A DNA stretch of 64,000 bases, taken from contig BFEA01000036.1 of NCBI GenBank assembly GCA_003427395.1, positions 3,048,364 to 3,112,363 on the forward strand. The letters run 5' to 3'. Made by a program: the position numbers and the translations under genes. Positions 62,101-64,000 of the stretch are shown here, piece after piece; position 1 is the first letter of the stretch; every line of letters starts with the position of its first letter. The notes beneath the pieces are model-generated. The model did no database searches, was not told the DNA's origin, and saw only the letters and a list, made by a program, of their open reading frames with translations. This DNA is from Chara braunii. Taxonomy: Eukaryota; Plantae; Charophyceae.

Positions 62101-63200
62101 TATTCGATTCATAGTGTTTGTTTACGAATTTCCAACTCCTTGAGTTGGACGAGCAGATTCTTCCTTACTTTGGACCAATGAGGGTCCGAGTAAAGATCAC
62201 GGTTCATTTTTCCTTCTACATCGTCCAGGGTCTTTTTCAAATATTAATGTTTCTAATTACGAAGGTCTGCCTTCATCTGAGAGAAGACATTCAGTGAAGA
62301 TTGGAAATATCAAAGCCAATATCCACCCAGTCTTCGTATTCCTAGAGTAAAGTTTTCGCTCCTTCCCATTTTCATACTTGATTTTTAACCCAGTTCAAGA
62401 TGCCCTCATCCTTCAGATGCGAGATGTTCAGCCTAAAAGGCCCTCACATTTTCTCTATTTGTTCTCCTGAGATGGCATCTAGTAATACAGGGTTGTGATC
62501 AGACAGGGAGGAGTGATCTACCCAACTCACTTTCTCGAAATCCCACCAGATACAGCGATCCCAAATGGTGCCTCACACAAGAATGTAATCCAGCCTTCTA
62601 CATGGGGCTGGAATGAACTTGTCCACTTGCGGCCTGAACCAATTCAATCTCAGGGCCTCATGATTCAAAACTTGATATGCCTCAACTAAAGAATGAAGAT
62701 CCATGAATTCTTATAAGATTATTTAGTCTGTGTGTACTGGGTTTAGTCGTGGAGAGTCCAGACTACAGATTAAGATAGTGATTCAATCAGCCGCTAACAA
62801 TAAATTATCGGTATCCGGAATAAAGCTTTGTAGATTTATCAAAAAATTACACCTTTCGGTGTACTCTACTGGCGCATACAACGACATGACGCCAAAGTCC
62901 TCATTCCCTATCATAATTTTTACCCATGCAAAGCGACCTTGAAGATTGATAAAATTGTCCAGAACTTCCACATCCAAATCTTTGTTGATTAAAATGATGA
63001 CTCCACCATTGGTACCATCAGCTGGTGCCCGGAACTATGGGCAAGGCCACCAGTTCCTTACTTCTGTGATCCTAGCAGCATCCAACTTGGTATCTTGCAA
63101 ACATAATATGCGCACAACCTACGAATGTCACTAAGAGGACAATCTGGTACGCTTCTTCCTGTTTCCCCTGTCAAGTAAGCCCCGCACATTCAACCTGCAA
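59149..63200 (-). pseudogene. Decayed L1/Tx1-clade LINE ORF2 (APE endonuclease and RT)
   Basis: LNVRGL, GRFAWVKI..SLYAP..LLLAAD, ISLLYKKGD..NWHPISLL..YK, DMEKAYD, LRQGCLLAPLLF; many stops and frameshifts. Confidence 0.9.
60073..60365. mobile_element. MITE with AAC...GTT termini and 4-bp TSD (CTTG), nested in the LINE
   Basis: TIRs AACAACCACTTCGTCAAAAC / GTTTTGACGAAATGGTTGTT. Confidence 0.8.
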
Positions 63201-64000
63201 ACCGAAGGCGGGGCGGAAGGACCATTACTAAGCCCAACCTCTCCGCCCTTAGCTTGGATATGGCGGTGTGATCCTGTTGGCGGCTTCCGATGCTTATCGT
63301 CCTCCTCACCCGATGAGAGGTCCGTCAACGTCCATGGGCTGTGAAGGACCGCTGTAAAGTGCTCTGAAGCGAGAAAGTCTCCGAGAGTTAGGTGTTTTAA
63401 CCAATTTGCTATCACTTATGTCGAGATCCCTTCAACCATGTATATTTTTTTAAGGATCGGGTTGGCTGGTCTAGGGAACTGCTCCAGCGGGATCCAGTAG
63501 GGCCGGAGGGGACCCAGTTTCTCGCTTATTTGAAGTTATTTCATCTGTGATCTGGATGTTCATAAAAGCAAAATGAATACACACTTTGCAGTTGTGTCTC
63601 CCAGAGGCCCAGTCAAATACGTATCGACTGACCTTGGGCTCCAGCAGGATCCGATTGGTTCGATTGCGATCCTACCTACGCAGACCCTGTCGGAGTCTGG
63701 ATCGGAACCCAGGATGCATGTTTGGTCTGGCCCTGATGGGGTGGAGGGCCTGACTGTGAGCGAGCGTTCGAGGCCCTAACCAGGGAGGGGGGCATTTGGG
63801 GAGGCTTGGATGCGGGGGAAGAGGAGGAAGGACCTCCCTTGGACCCCGATATCTGCCCCGGTCTTGTTGGCGGTGGGCCAAAGGGAGACGGGGGGGCGGG
63901 CTGATTAAAGGAGTATATCGGTGAGTTTTGTTGAGTTCGCCGCTTTTTGGTCGGACAATCTGGGTCTTCACTAGTATGGTAGTACTAGCGACACAAACTG

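Overview
This is eukaryotic, repeat-saturated DNA with three N-gaps. Plant-type U2/U6 snRNA sequences, tRNA-iMet PBS Ty3/Gypsy remnants, and long AG/AC and A/T tracts suggest a streptophyte; resemblance to the charophyte alga Chara is my inference. I see no recognisable host protein gene. Bases 1-23 kb are a patchwork of MITEs, snRNA retrocopies, a solo LTR and a truncated Gypsy. The main content is two related, decayed multi-gene DNA elements (~23.9-43.8 kb and ~44.3-54.6/59 kb). Each has a Sola-like (DUF7869-type) DDD transposase, an uninterrupted orphan ~300-aa ORF, and a very large gene. In element 1 the large gene has a ParB/Srx-like domain followed by a beta-class amino-(6mA/4mC) DNA methyltransferase-like fold with degenerate catalytic motifs, and a Ulp1/C48 protease follows it. 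About 60 copies (hand count) of a 17-bp CpG-rich palindrome (GTCGWG-TYGAA-CWCGAC) form three arrays, each just upstream of one element-1 gene. Element 2 has its own 22-bp palindrome. I infer a candidate transposon-encoded DNA-binding or epigenetic anti-silencing system. The window ends with a truncated Gypsy, which contains a Nextera mate-pair adapter artefact, and a decayed L1/Tx1 LINE. All domain calls are by-eye motif recognition, not database searches.
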